Source: Octopus vulgaris (taxonomy: Eukaryota). From it: a DNA stretch of 64,000 nucleotides. Shown in pieces: positions 12,378 to 26,566 of the stretch; positions within the stretch are counted from its first letter, which is position 1; each line of letters begins with the position of its first letter. The DNA is taken from the NCBI GenBank assembly GCA_951406725.2, contig OX597834.1, forward strand, positions 44,454,001 through 44,518,000, read 5' to 3'. Both the position numbers and the translations under genes were made by a program. Below the pieces are notes generated by a model that was not told the DNA's origin, made no database searches, and saw only the letters and a list, made by a program, of their open reading frames with translations.

Positions 12378-15061
12378 AAATAAGACAGAATAAACAGAGA
12401 GAGAATGAAAAAAAATCACTTGTAGATTTCAGCGGTTTAATATTGCGAATGATAGGGGGAAAAAAGAGGTTGAAAGAAAGGGAAATAATAATAAAATAAG
12501 AGGTTGAATGAAAGGTAGATAATAAAGTGCTAGTGATCCTAATAAGTGAAGGTGTGCGTGCGTATGCGTGTGTATAAGATGATGTTTGTGAGTGTGTAAG
12601 TGTGTGTGTGTGTGAATAGGAGCGAGTGATTCTGACGGGTGTGAGTGCGTGTGTGTGCGATGTGTGTGTTGTGTTATGTGTAGCAGTTGATGTGTGCTTT
12701 TCCCCGTGGTGTGTGTACATGTGTGTGGGTGTGTGTGTTTGTGACCAAACAGTCTGCATATCTGTATATCAGTTACGACATACTACTAAAGATCCATTTT
12801 TCTCACAAAGAGGATGACGCGGGTCTTAGCAAGCGCTCAGTGAATCATCTGATTAACAGAGAATAATCGAATGGTAATCAAGTTCGGTTCTCAACCACAA
12901 AGTCCTAGATTCAATACTTACAGCGTGTGACTTTGGACATTTCGCTTCAAAGACTTTCATATTTATTAATATTTATTAACGTAGCTTTGTGTCATTCTAA
13001 ATGTTATTAGTGAAACTGGACGGGTGGGATTTGTGTAGACGTCTGTCGAACTGATCGGTCCAGCATTACCACAAAGTCTTATAAGAATTCTTTTAAAGAT
13101 ACACTTGTCTCTGGAATCAATCGTCACCGACGGAGATCCATTTAAAAAATCCAAATTCGAATCATTCGCTTGCAAAGCAGCAACACTTTCTAAAGCCACG
13201 TCCCGTCGTCTAAAAAGAACGAAGGAAACATAACGTGCTAGAGAACATGAGACTAAATAAAAACGTAAAGATCAAAGAAAGATGGTGTCTTACCATCGGT
13301 CTACTCTTTCAGGTTATATCATATAACCAAAATTACACCACGTATTCTTGAAATATTGTGAGCACGACGTCGTCCTAGATAGCAAATAACAGAGAGACAG
13401 AGTAAGTGACGAAGAAGGAGAGAGAGAATTTGAATGGTCCTAGCGAACGACATTCCGCAATGAATTGTCCCACCTTTATTATGAGACATAAATATCACGG
13501 TTTGGAAGAAAGCGAAATCATAAGCAATATATACTTGTTCTTCCGTTTTGTTGTTTCGACACACGTCAGCTCTGATCAAGCAGATTTAAGATGAAAGACG
13601 TTCTAATATTCTCGAATTCCCATTTCTCCTTCTTTTTAGGAAATGAAGTTTCGATTCGGGAAATTTTGACTTACTTTTTCCTTGCTCATCTCACTCGTTT
13701 GGGTTCTAACAATAAACATGTGTTATTATTGCCTAAACTTAAACCTTAATAGATGCATTTTGTATCTATGCGTTCTTTACACATACAAAACAATAGAATT
13801 AAGAATGCAAAGACTTCGTCATACCATTGATTTACAAGTGAAATCTCCACGGTTCACTACAATAAAATCCGTAATGGATCGTGTCACAACCAAAACAGTT
13901 TAAAATGTTTAACAAATAAAAATAACCGATTTAAAATCTAATTCACAGAATCAAAAATTGTCGGCGCCTAATCACCATAAAAAAATCTACTAAAGATCCA
14001 CTGGATCGTTTTCATAGTTCCTTTTGATTCGATGCCAGTGGTGTGAGGGCCGTTAGTTCAAGCGAAACGAATCGGCCAAAAACTACGCCTTGGTTACGTT
14101 GGCAGACGTATTCTTGGAGATTTACGAAGGACACCAACCAGAAAATTTGCCTATAAATCCAATATGAGAATAAATTCATATGTCTGTCTGTTCGATCGCA
14201 TAAAAATATCAGCTCTAAATAAAACAGTAGAATAGATTTTATTGATACCACTAGATGGAGTGATATATTCCCCGAGGCTGCAGATAACGTCATCACTTCT
14301 CGAATGGTTCAACAGAAATATATAATAGAAGAATATTGTGAAAAAAAAAACCCAACAAAAACAACAAAGACAAAAAACAAGAAAGACAAAACAAACCAAA
14401 TATGAGATATAGTGTAACACAAGAGATAGTTTAATGTCGTGATAAGGTATATCAAATTTTTGGCATCGGAGGAACAATGATATCGCCCGGGGCTGTTGTA
14501 TACTAATAGGAAATCAATTAACCATGATAAACATGTTGAATTATATACTGTTCAAATTTACTAGTAACATTATATATACATATATATACACACACACATA
14601 TATAAATATGTATATGTATATTTACTTATATACATACATATGCCTGTATGCGTTTACCTATATATGTATAACTATGGATACATACGCATATATGATATAC
14701 ATCATATTAATATATCTATATTTTTATATTACTTATGCATGTATGTATATTTGTTTGTCTATATATGTGTGTGGGTGTGTGCACTTCTTTCTTATTCTTC
14801 CTGTTCCATTTCGTCTTCATCACCACCACCACCACCATCAAGATCATTAAGTTATTTCTTCTTGTTATTGTTGCTATTGTTATTAATGTTAATATATTAT
14901 TTTATTCTTGGAACTAAACTCTGTATATGTATATACATAGACATAGAAACGCTCATACATATATGCATAGATATATATGTAGAGATATATATATACATAT
15001 ATATATTTACAAGCACAAACGTATATATATATATATATATAAATATAAAAATCATTCAGAA

Positions 15062-15165
<104 letters not shown>

Positions 15166-15443
15166 ATGTATATATATATCTACAAAGATAGATACAAACT
15201 TACTAATAATCGACCCGTACGTATATATGACTTTGAAAAGCAGATCATTTTCCATAGGGAAAAATTGTATATATTGAAGATTTTTCGGAAGGGTATTATT
15301 CGTTCCAATCTATATTGAGGGGAGGGGATAAAGGCGGGGATATTTGTAACATGTCAGTTTCAAAGTGATGAATGAAGCTCGCAAAAGTTTCATAAGATTA
15401 CAAAATCTAATAGAAAAATATATTTCTTTCATATGATCTCGAA

Positions 15444-15474
<31 letters not shown>

Positions 15475-15712
15475 CAAACACACACACACATACACACACA
15501 CACACAAAAGACGTTTAAAAAATAGAAAAAAACATCTCGAGAAGGAAGGGAAAAATAATAAGAAATGATCGATTCATAGAGTGAATGTACATGTGAAGAG
15601 GTATAAGGTGTGTTTGTTAATATATCGGTATGTGTATATATGTGTATATGTGTATATATGCTTACACATGTATGCATGTATATATGTGTCCATGGAAATA
15701 CGTGTATATATA

Positions 15713-15796
<84 letters not shown>

Positions 15797-16302
15797 CACA
15801 CATATATATATACATATATATATGTATATATATACATATATAGATATATATATATATATGTATATGATATGAAAATATATACATACATATACATATTATG
15901 TATATGTATGTGTGTATGTGTATATTGAGTGCATGTATGTGTATGTGTGTGTGTGTGTGTGTTTTGTACATGTATGTATGCATGTTTGCATGTATGTATT
16001 GGGCAACCGATGTTCGCATACGTAATATAGATTATTTCGGTACAGTCATATGTTTATATATAGATGGACAAACACGTCTTTGAAGTTCTCATAATTTATA
16101 GTTCTCAAAACGTAATATGAACACAAATCATATATATGCGTGTGTGCATGTGTGGCTGTGTGTATGCTTACATATATACAAGCATACACACACACACACA
16201 CAAACATACACACACACAGACACACACATATATACCTACATCACAACGCGTACACGTACGCATAATAACTTACACGGCACACAGTCATACATACACACAC
16301 AG

Positions 16303-16334
<32 letters not shown>

Positions 16335-16359
16335 GCATGTATACGTATATGTATGTATA

Positions 16360-16421
<62 letters not shown>

Positions 16422-16845
16422 CATTCAGACATAGATATGCGGTGCAAAGTTTCTTCTCGTATCCCCGAAAGATCTTCTTATTGAATGGAATCAATTATTC
16501 CGTTCTTTATAAGAAATTATTTCCTATATTATCCACAGCCTCCCCGAGGTATTGTTGTCGTTGTTGTTGTGGTTGTTTTCTATGGTTTTGTCCTTCAACT
16601 ACCAGCAGAGGCTCACCCATCATCAGAGCAATCAGTGCCGTCAATAGTAACACATTTTTTCATAAAAGACACGGCCATATTACAATTCAAACAATGACGA
16701 AATTACTTGGTAATTCACAACAATAATTCAGATTGCTTCTTTCATGAAAAATAATGATTTCAAATATTGGCACAAGGCCAGCAATTTCGGGGTTGGGGTG
16801 TAAACATTGGTTTCAAATTTTGGTACAGGGCGAGCAATTTTGATG

Positions 16846-16985
16846 CTTATTCTATTGATCGCTTTTGCTGAACCACTAAGTTACAGGGACGTAAACACAC
16901 CAAAATCAGTTGTCAAGCGATGTTTTTTTTTGCGGGGGGGGGGGAGACAAACACAGACACACAAACGTATACACACGCATATATA
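16846..16985 (-). mobile_element. Partial SINE family B (preceded by two SINE A tail fragments at 16752-16840)
   Basis: GAACCACTAAGTTACAGGGACGTAAACACACCA...GTTGTCAAGCGATG matches 24790-24850. Confidence 0.75.
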
Positions 16986-18619
16986 TATATAAAAACATAT
17001 ATAAGACGGAAACTGCAGCGAAGCAACTAATTAAATGGTACTTATTTATCGACTCGGAATTATGTAAAGAAATTACTCTGCACAATCTAAATGGTTGAGC
17101 CTTCAACCAGGCCTTTTGCGACGCCCTTAAAGCCAGGAACTTTTTAGCATCAATTCCTATATTTGCTTTTCGTATTTCTGGTTTTGTGGTTTCGTATACT
17201 CATCATGAAATAATTTAATCCATCAGATTTTCAGGACTTGCTATTACATGGATCCCTATGTGAATTGTTAGACGAGTCCATTAGAAGAGCTTTTTGGAAT
17301 AGCTACACTATTCTCAGAATCCTCATCTTTATACTTTTCACTATTACCGACATTTAGAAAACATTTAATTTATAAATCCAAGATAAGACAACAGACATTA
17401 TAATCTTTTTTCTAAAAGCTCATATATATTTTTGATATTGCGACTTATATAAATTTTAAGATATTCTGTCTCGTACGAAATATGAAGTGAATTCTGTAAA
17501 GAAATTCTTCTTCTTAGTCTAAATGTATTACAATATATATCATTATATTCAAAATACATAATTGAATTTAAACTTTTTTAATGTCAATTTACATAGTTTA
17601 CACACATAGAAAATTTTCATACTTCTTTAATATGTATATTTTAATATTATGTGATATTGTTTCGCCTTTATACTTTCCTTTGCAAGTGTCATTTTTCGTA
17701 TTAAAACGTGATCAAATTTTCCGCGATGTGTTGCAAATTTTCATTATTTTTATCAAAGTGAAAAGCATTTCAACTATTTATAACATTTTATATATATCTT
17801 ATTAAGTCTTTGTTATGATATCATAAATTTTATGAATTATCAATTTTCTTTTGTCTCATTGGATATTATTACTCAACGCGTGTATTATTGATTTCATTTG
17901 TTTTCTTCTTTTCCATGTTTCTGTTTTGTCACAACTGCTTCGATATATTCTGATATTGTTTTATTTAAAGTGCCCGGTAAGTTCTAGCGAGCCAGGAATT
18001 TAAAACAAATATGTTCGAATACAGTCAGTTTCATTTTGTCTTGGCCTTTCGGGGAGGAATTTCTTCCGTTGCTTCACTAACTTTAAAAAGCAAACATGGC
18101 GCCGCAAAGAGAGGGCACGGATGGCTAGCTCTCTGCTCGCTTTCAAACTTAAAATGTAAAGGTGGTAACAGCCGCAGTAACAATAACAGCATCAACAGCC
18201 AGCCTAGCAACACCATCGTTGCCGCGAAAGTAATAGCAGAAACGCATCAACAGGAGCAGCGCTATTGAGCACGCAGCAAGGACAAGAATGAACATGGAAT
18301 CAACAACGACACGAAGAACACGGAGTGCGTAAATCAGAAAGGAAAACCAAATTGTCGACGATTTATCCCTGCAACCAATCCACTGTTAACAAATGCAAAG
18401 TCAACGGTTTTGAAAATGCTTTATGACAAGAGAAAGGGATAAAATTTATGTCCCAAGAATTTAAAATGGATACAGGAGAACGTGTTTACACGGTTTAGTG
18501 GAAGCATGGAATGACACATTCCAGAAATCATTCGACTGAGGTCAGCGTAAACAAAATTACTCCCTCCCCTAAATTGCTGGCTTTGAGCCAAAATTTGAAG
18601 CCAATATTATTATCATACT

Positions 18620-18656
<37 letters not shown>

Positions 18657-19467
18657 TGTTGTTGTTGTTGTTGTTGTTGTAGAAGCAGTAGTCATGTATT
18701 CGTGTCTTCAATGTTCATGATTGTCTTTTTTTCCTTTTCCTTTTCTAATTCGTTTCTCTTTAATAAGTTGAATAACATATATAATTAAATAGAAACTTCT
18801 GAATAATAGGTGAATATATATTTTGTGACATTTTATCGAGAAACATCGTATTTTTAGCCGACTTATGCACAGCAATATATTAATATATTCAATATTATCT
18901 CGCTTTATTAGATTTGAATGCTTGTTACGATGGCTATTTTTAACTGCTTATTTCTCCGATCGTCTCCTGTCTATTTGCAAACATTCACCAATTGAATGGC
19001 TGTTACTTTCTTCAATTCTTAATAACACAAGTTTTTTTTTCTATTCTCCAATGTTATCATGTTCAAATTCCTTCCCGTTTAACTTATTTATCTATCGACA
19101 TTCCTATTTACATCGCTAACTACTTACCTATATACCTAAACACACACTAATCTAACATGTACCTTACAATTACTTCAAGACTATTCTAATAAAAAAAAAT
19201 AAATAGTTCCACAACTATCTATTTTATAGTTAAATATAATCCGATTTCTTTGAAAAATAATATTACTGTTTAATATAATTTGCTGAAGTTAATTCGACTC
19301 CGAAATCGAATAACTGGACTAATTATAGTATATATTGTTGCCTGGAAGTTTATTCACCAGACTAGCAAACTGAAAATCTAAATCTCAGTCAGAAAACCAT
19401 TGCAAAATGCCTAATTCTGCAAATATATTATAACCAAGATTTTGTGCAAGTTTTCTTTATTCAGTGA

Positions 19468-20018
19468 TCTATTATATAAAATCCGCTCTGTCTGTGTGTG
19501 TGTCTTCTAGGATCTTGGGCATCCTCCATCCGATTGCGCTCAAATTTGATATGTAGATACCGACGGTATCAGGGCGTATATAAGTCTTGAAAAAAATTTC
19601 AAAAATTGATTCCAGGTGATAATGCGATGGATAAAGCCCTGGGAACGTGCATTTGTACGCGCAAGTAAATCAGCTGTTGCGATCGATGCTACGAGTACGC
19701 GAGAAAAATGCCCGTGCTGTTTGCGCAAAAAAAGCCGGCGGGCTTGAAATAATGCCACAAAATGCAGTATATTTAAGAGACCAAATAAGTAAGATGCAAA
19801 AGAGATATTTTCTTCAAACTTGGCATGAAGGAAGGAAAGACTATTTGGTTTCTCAAGATTTTTTTTTTTTACCTTAACTTCGTTTAGCAAAACCAAAAAT
19901 CTTATTGAAATAAAGGCATGCTTAATTATTTTTTAATGAAAAGAAAACACTGATTGCTTTTTATTCAGCAGATATGATTCAGCACCGTCCATTGGACGGG
20001 GGGGGGGGGGGTTGCTCG
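19468..20018 (+). mobile_element. Short non-autonomous Helitron
   Basis: A|TC 5' start (TCTATTATATAAAATCCGCTCTGTCTGTGTG), subterminal hairpin CCGTCC-ATT-GGACGG (19985-19999), and end CTCG|T at 20015-20019. The A/T target and lack of TSD fit established Helitron rules; the end deviates from CTAG. Confidence 0.65.
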
Positions 20019-21843
20019 TGCACCATACTGATGAATACAATATCTTTTAATGAAGGGGAAATATTCTATCGCTTCTATTGACTATATCATTTTAAAAAGG
20101 GAATGAATGTTATATTTATGCATTTCCAACAGCATGGCAAACGTTAATGATGTTAGATTATATTTTCCTAAGTTCATACTCCGTTAACATAGAAATGTTA
20201 AATATGGAAGCCAATGAAGCTACAACATTCCTTCCTTCGCCACTGAACGGTTGCACCAATTCTATCTGTTTATTCTGATCATCGATTTAGTTGTAAGAGT
20301 ATAAAGAAATTAATACCTATATCGCACCTGAAACTGAGTGCAACTTGATCCACAGCACCATACGCCGCCGTTATAACGTTTTCAGCATTTTCGTCTGATC
20401 GGATATAGTCATACGGTCAATGCTGAAATTAAGTCTATTCTTCTGTTTTCTACAAATCGTTTCTTGAGGTGAAGTTTGTTCTGAGTTATTCCTTACAAAA
20501 TCACAAAAAAGTCTGCAACTCTGGGGATACTACAAGAAATAAACGCCAATTTTCTACGCGAACATCTTGCCCAAATACTTAATCTCACTATTAGTATAGA
20601 CTTAAATAGATTTTGGTTCCCTCTCACTCTGTACATGATTACGTTGTCCGACCTCTGGCTTATGAATCGGTAATAAAGCTCCTAATTGGCTACTAATTAA
20701 AGTGGGCATCAGTAATTAAAAGACGAAACAAATCAAGCAAATAATTTGGCGAAGCCGCCCATTCGTGCCCAAATGCGACCTTAGTTTTATTGGTGATAGC
20801 CATTTGCAGAGTTTTTTAGTTTATTGAACAAGCAAGAATGAAAAACTACGTTAGGTATGATACATTTTGAAACCTGAACATAAAGGTAAGGACTTGAATA
20901 TAAAAAAGTCGTTTACTTAATCCGACTTTCTGCCATTTCTGTAACTCGTCGCAAAATAGGAATCTATGGCAACCATTAATATTATTAGAGAAAAAGCAAC
21001 ATATTAGATTTCACAGCCACAGTAGTTTTAATTCATTTGACCAATGATTCAAGACAGACTTGGATAAGTATTTATTAATTGCTGAATCGCCACAAATTAA
21101 TAGACGTCAGTCCCAGCTCGAGAATTCTTCATGCACATGTAGCAAATTCTAAAGAATTGGTTTTGATTTTTTTTTCCATGGGCAGCTCCCTTCAACAAGG
21201 TTGCATCGCCTTACAATACTTCACAATTAGAAACAAGTTCGTTGCTACGTCAAGTATGACACATTTTAACATTTAATCCGTCTTTATTCCACAACGCAAT
21301 GATAAGACAGCAACAGCAATAACAATAACAACGGAATGGCAACAAGGTCAGAAGAAATTGCAGAAGAAACAGGAATAACTATAATGAAAAAAAATCAGTT
21401 CAAGAAATAGAAAAATTAGTAAATGTGAAAGAGATTGCATGTAGCAACGCGATAGAATCAGGAGAATTTGATAAATGAGCAGTTATATCCTGACAATTTG
21501 TAAATGTACCATAATAGACTTTTTCGATGCCTCTGTCTGAATTGAAGGCATTAAATGGACACCGAGATACAGGAGAGAAGATGAAGAGAAGAGGATGATG
21601 TACAAGAATGATACAATAATTAAACACAAAGAAATAATATAAGAATATACGGAGAAAACGAAGCAAATTTCGGATTTGCTACAAGCATAAAATAAAACCA
21701 CGAATGTAGATTATTTTTTTTTGTTATTCATACAAATTTTCGTGATTGTTTCGTTACGTATGTATACGTGGCTGCATGTGTCCGTTTCTTTACTTATATG
21801 TGTCCATGTATGTGTGTATACATAAATACATGAATACACACAT

Positions 21844-21877
<34 letters not shown>

Positions 21878-22190
21878 GAATCCTATCTATATGTAACCAT
21901 TTGCTTTCATATATATATGTGTTCTTCCATGTAACAGTTTTCTAGATGGACGTATTTGTGTTTCGGTATAACAGTTTAGGTATGTAAATGTGTATCGTTA
22001 TGCGGTAATTTTCTTTGCATTTGTGTATATATGTGTCACTCTCTGTGGCTGCTTCTTTACATAGGAATGAGTGGTTTATGTCTTTCAGCATGTATGGAAT
22101 TGACTGTTACATTACAAAGTACATATTTGTGTCTGTACGTAGATATGACCATCTGGATGCGCATGTGTAAAGTTGTGACTAGGTATTTGC

Positions 22191-22244
<54 letters not shown>

Positions 22245-22439
22245 CAAAATAAGCAACAAAGATATCCAAAAGTAATACAGTACGATCGTTTCATGCAACT
22301 CCATTTAATTGAACGATGCAACCAATTCATCAATTTAAAAATTCAGAGCAATCCTCAGCAGTACGAACACATACAATTATATTTAATTAAAACAAATGGA
22401 CACGTTAGTATAATTTTACTTAAAATCTCCAAGAATTTA

Positions 22440-22885
22440 AGGAGATAGACAAAGAACATGCTGTCTTCACTTCAGCTTAGAAGCTACAAAGGTATCAGGA
22501 AGAAAGTCTTGTTACAGATTGTTGCTTGTCACTGTTTTATGGGGTCAGTATTAATTTATAGACTTCTATAAAGGCCAAGAGAACAAGGGGCAGTATGTGT
22601 TAGGGGTAGGGCTGAGGAAGTCGACAGAAATCATAGTGGGTATAGTCATAAAAAATCAAGATTTATGAGAAGCAATATCATGAGATTTGATAAAGGAAAA
22701 CTTAAATCAAGATGTTAGCTGACATTTAAGGGGGCGGCCGCTAGCAGACCATTGATAATGAAACAATACTATAGGCGAGAAGACAGTTGTGACAAGGCCT
22801 TCGAAGCTAGAAAGAGTGGGGTATCTTCAAGCCGGGGATCTGGTCTGAATGCTAATGGGCTCCGTGAAAGTCGATGAAAGACTCA
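22440..22885 (-). pseudogene. Possible heavily decayed LINE (CR1/L2-like) endonuclease-RT linker remnant
   Basis: Minus-strand fragments translate to PLNVS*H and FYDYTHYDFCRL, loosely like the SDH end of an APE domain and the following Y..ADF..L motif. Many stops and frameshifts. Confidence 0.25.
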
Positions 22886-23984
22886 CGTGATGGTGCTAAA
22901 CCCGGTGACGGTTTAGCACCATTGTGTCGTTTGAACTCAGAATGCAAACGATCAGAACAAAAACTGCAATTTATCCGGTCCAGCATTCTTAGAATTCGGG
23001 ACACCATGTTTCATCGTGCCCCAAAGACTTGAAAATAAAGTAGACTCTTGTATGATTAGAACTCAGAAGAAACATCATGAGACATTCAACCTGATGCTCT
23101 AACAACTTTGCTAATCCGTCGCCGACTTGCGATTTAACCTCTAAAAACAACTTCACTACTTCAGCCAGCGCAGAAACCACATCATAATCATTATATTTGA
23201 CTACAAACTCTCTCGACACTATATCTTTAAGAGATTAAACAGGGTTTAAAGCTGGGACGCTTTTCGATTAAGAGATACGCTTGATTATTTCCTATCTGGA
23301 TCTATATTAAAAGAACAAAAATTCAATCAATTTTGCTAGCATATGACCTGAGCTCAGGGAAGTGAAAACGAGTATGTAGGTAGTTGTAAGTACTGCATCT
23401 GAAAAATAAAAGATGGGATGTTCAGATTTGTAAAGCCTTTCGGTCATAAGTCTACCTGTTGGTGGTTAACCAAGAGCTAAGCAAAGCTAAGGACAACAAC
23501 ACATCTTAATAAACCTCTTATAATTTACATTATATCTACGAAGAAAAAACAAACCCAATCTATCAAAACGCTCGCTATTCTACACACATGTACACAACAG
23601 AGATATACACAGCCCAACAACACGAGCACATTCACAAACACATACATACATGTAGTTCCTAGCAACCACAACAGCTGCAGGTGCATTTTGAAACACTGCT
23701 GCAGTTGCTGCAGTTGATGCTGTTGCTGCCGAGGCATTTCCTTCCTCTTTTTTTTTATTGCCTAAAAGAGATCATTACCATATTTCCCTTACGCCTATTC
23801 CTATAAACATTGGTAGAGAAAGATTTACGAGAGTATAGACAGTCAGATAACGTATGTATTTTAGACGATGTCTCCCTCATCTTGACGGACTTCCTCTGTC
23901 ATATTGGTGCGTTCGAACCTACGGAGACAAAAGCAGAACAGCAGCATCAATTATAGCAACATCTGCAATTTGTAATCACATTAC

Positions 23985-24003
23985 ATCATCATCATCAACA
24001 TCA

Positions 24004-24067
<64 letters not shown>

Positions 24068-24091
24068 TAGTATTAGTATCATCATCATCAC

Positions 24092-24140
<49 letters not shown>

Positions 24141-24176
24141 ATTATTATTATTATTATTAGTAGTATTATCATCATC

Positions 24177-24244
<68 letters not shown>

Positions 24245-24256
24245 CTTTATTATTAT

Positions 24257-24302
<46 letters not shown>

Positions 24303-24305
24303 ATT
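23985..24305. repeat. (ATC)n/(ATT)n/(GAT)n trinucleotide tract
   Basis: Seen directly; explains the poly-L/I/S ORFs at 23854-24430. Confidence 0.95.
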
Positions 24306-24662
24306 AATAATAACAATAGTAATAATGGAGCAATATCTTGTTTCCAGTTGTTGAAGATTGATGTAGGGAACCTGTATGACAATATATTAGCAAAAGTATT
24401 CTGAAATAGCATCGAAACATGATTAATCAACAGAAAATTGGATTTTGATCAGATGCAGAAGTAAAAAAAAAAAATAAAAAAATAAAAAGGACCTAATAAA
24501 AATTGTCAGACACATCGCCAAGTGCAGAACTTGTGACATTTCCAAATGTTAACAAACGAGAATACGCGGAACTTCCAATGTCTTCAGATTCATTTGTATA
24601 AAAAGTAGGTAAGCTATGGATTTTGTTATCATTTTAGTGTTTATAAATTAAAAAAAAACATG

Positions 24663-25072
24663 CTCTTTTACTCTTTTGTTTGTTTCAGTCATTTGACTGC
24701 GGCTATGCTGGAGCACCACCTTTAGTCGAGCAAATCGACCCCAGGACTTATTCTTTGTAAGCCCATTACTTATTCTATCGGTCTCTTTTGCCGGACCGCT
24801 AAGTGACGGGGACGTAAACACACCGGCATCGGTTGTCAAGCAATGCTAGGGGGACAAACACAGACACACAAACATACACACACATATACATATATATATA
24901 TACATATATACGACGGGCTTCTTTCAGTTTCCCTCTACCAAATCCACTCACAAGGCATTGGTCGGCCCGAGGCTATAGCAGAAGACACTTGCCCAAGATG
25001 CCACGCAGTGGGACTGAACCCGGAACCATGTGGTTGGTAAGCAAGCAACTTACCACACAGCCACTCCTGCGC
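24663..25072 (-). mobile_element. SINE family B, full length (tRNA head, CORE-like block, internal TA/TG microsatellite, structured tail)
   Basis: Minus: GCGCAGGAGTGGCTGTGTGGTAAG...GGGTTCAGTCCC (A/B boxes), GTGGCATCTTGGGCAAGTGTCT (CORE-like), tail GGTGGTGCTCCAGCATAGCCGCAGTCAAATGACTGAAACAAAC. About 10 copies in the window; no TSD seen. Confidence 0.92.
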
Positions 25073-25770
25073 TTATGCAAGTTATTTTAAATATATAACA
25101 CTCTTCTGAGAATGGAAGATATTATTATGCCGGAAACAAACTGATTCAGTTGGTTTTTAATTAGAATTACACCAATAAATTGCGATTGAAATATTTGTAC
25201 AAAGTCTCCTACTTCCACCTATTGTTTGGAATTTCAAAAGTATGCAAAGAATGTTACACGATTCAGAGAGTTTTTTGGGTTTTTTTCAATATAATAATAA
25301 TGTTTATCATTATAAGCAGACGAGTGGTCTGGAGAAAGCCACACGGGTTTATGATTTTTAGTATTATCATTTTTGAACTCCAGAAATATGTGGATACTGA
25401 AGTGATAAGTTGTCTTCCTTTAGCTTTCATTTTGTATGCTGTTACAAGGAATCTGTTTGAAAGGTATTTAATTTTACCTTATACAGTAATATATTTTTCT
25501 GTTTTATTGCCCTCTGCAGTGAAGTCATCATCTGGTTAGCTAATTCATTTGAAACATACGTACTACAGAAAAGTAAGTTATAAATGTTATGCTAATTACA
25601 TAGATGTACAGAGATTTGGTTGTTTGTTCTAGAAATTGATTCTGTTCATACAAGCTACTGTTCCATAGTCTCTGAGTTCATAGCCAGTATAACAGAACGA
25701 GTTATTAGGATTTCATATGATTTACGGGACAGCAATATTAGAAGTATTTAAGGCGGCGAGCTGGCAGAAT

Positions 25771-25986
25771 CTTTACTGCCCACAAGGGGCTAAACACAGA
25801 GGAGACTAACAAGGACAGGCAAACGGATTAAGTCGATTACATCGACCCCACTGAGTTACTGGTACTTAATTTATCAAGCCCGAAAGGATGAAAGGCAAAG
25901 CCGACTTCGGCGGAATTTGAACTCAGAACGTAACGGCAGACGAAATACCGCTAAGCGTGCTAACGTTTCTGCCAGCTCAACGCCTT
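25771..25986 (-). mobile_element. SINE family A copy preceded by an inverted 21-nt head fragment (25750-25770, +)
   Basis: Matches 8403-8632. AAGGCGGCGAGCTGGCAGAAT lies directly upstream on the opposite strand. Confidence 0.9.
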
Positions 25987-26501
25987 CGTTCGCGGCATAA
26001 TGACAAGGGATATTATGGCGTTAAATACTGGATTCCGCAGAGGAGTAGCTCTACCGAAGAAAAAAAAAACAAGGAAAAAATGAATCCTGTCAACTGACGC
26101 GCTTCAGTCAAATCCTACCTGGCCATTACTAGAACCGAGGCAAGATTATGCCAATTAAAAAGAAAACTACGAGACCCACAAGAGAATATAAAATACTGAT
26201 CCGTATTTCAGCATCATATTCTAAATTATCCTGCACATCAGAAACTGCCATCATTATTTGTTATTTGCATCTATCAAGGTTGACTACTGGTGCTGAAATA
26301 GGCCATGCAATTGTGAAACGTTCGTATAATTGGAATAGGGTATACAGAGCAAGTGTGGACTTGCCTTTTATACATATTTTACGCATTTTGCAACGAAGAA
26401 ATATTTGTTATAATCGGTTTTGTTTGTTATTTGGTTTCATTTATATTTTTAACATATTCACTCATATCTTGCTACTGTTATATACATGTGTATATTATAT
26501 A

Positions 26502-26566
<65 letters not shown>

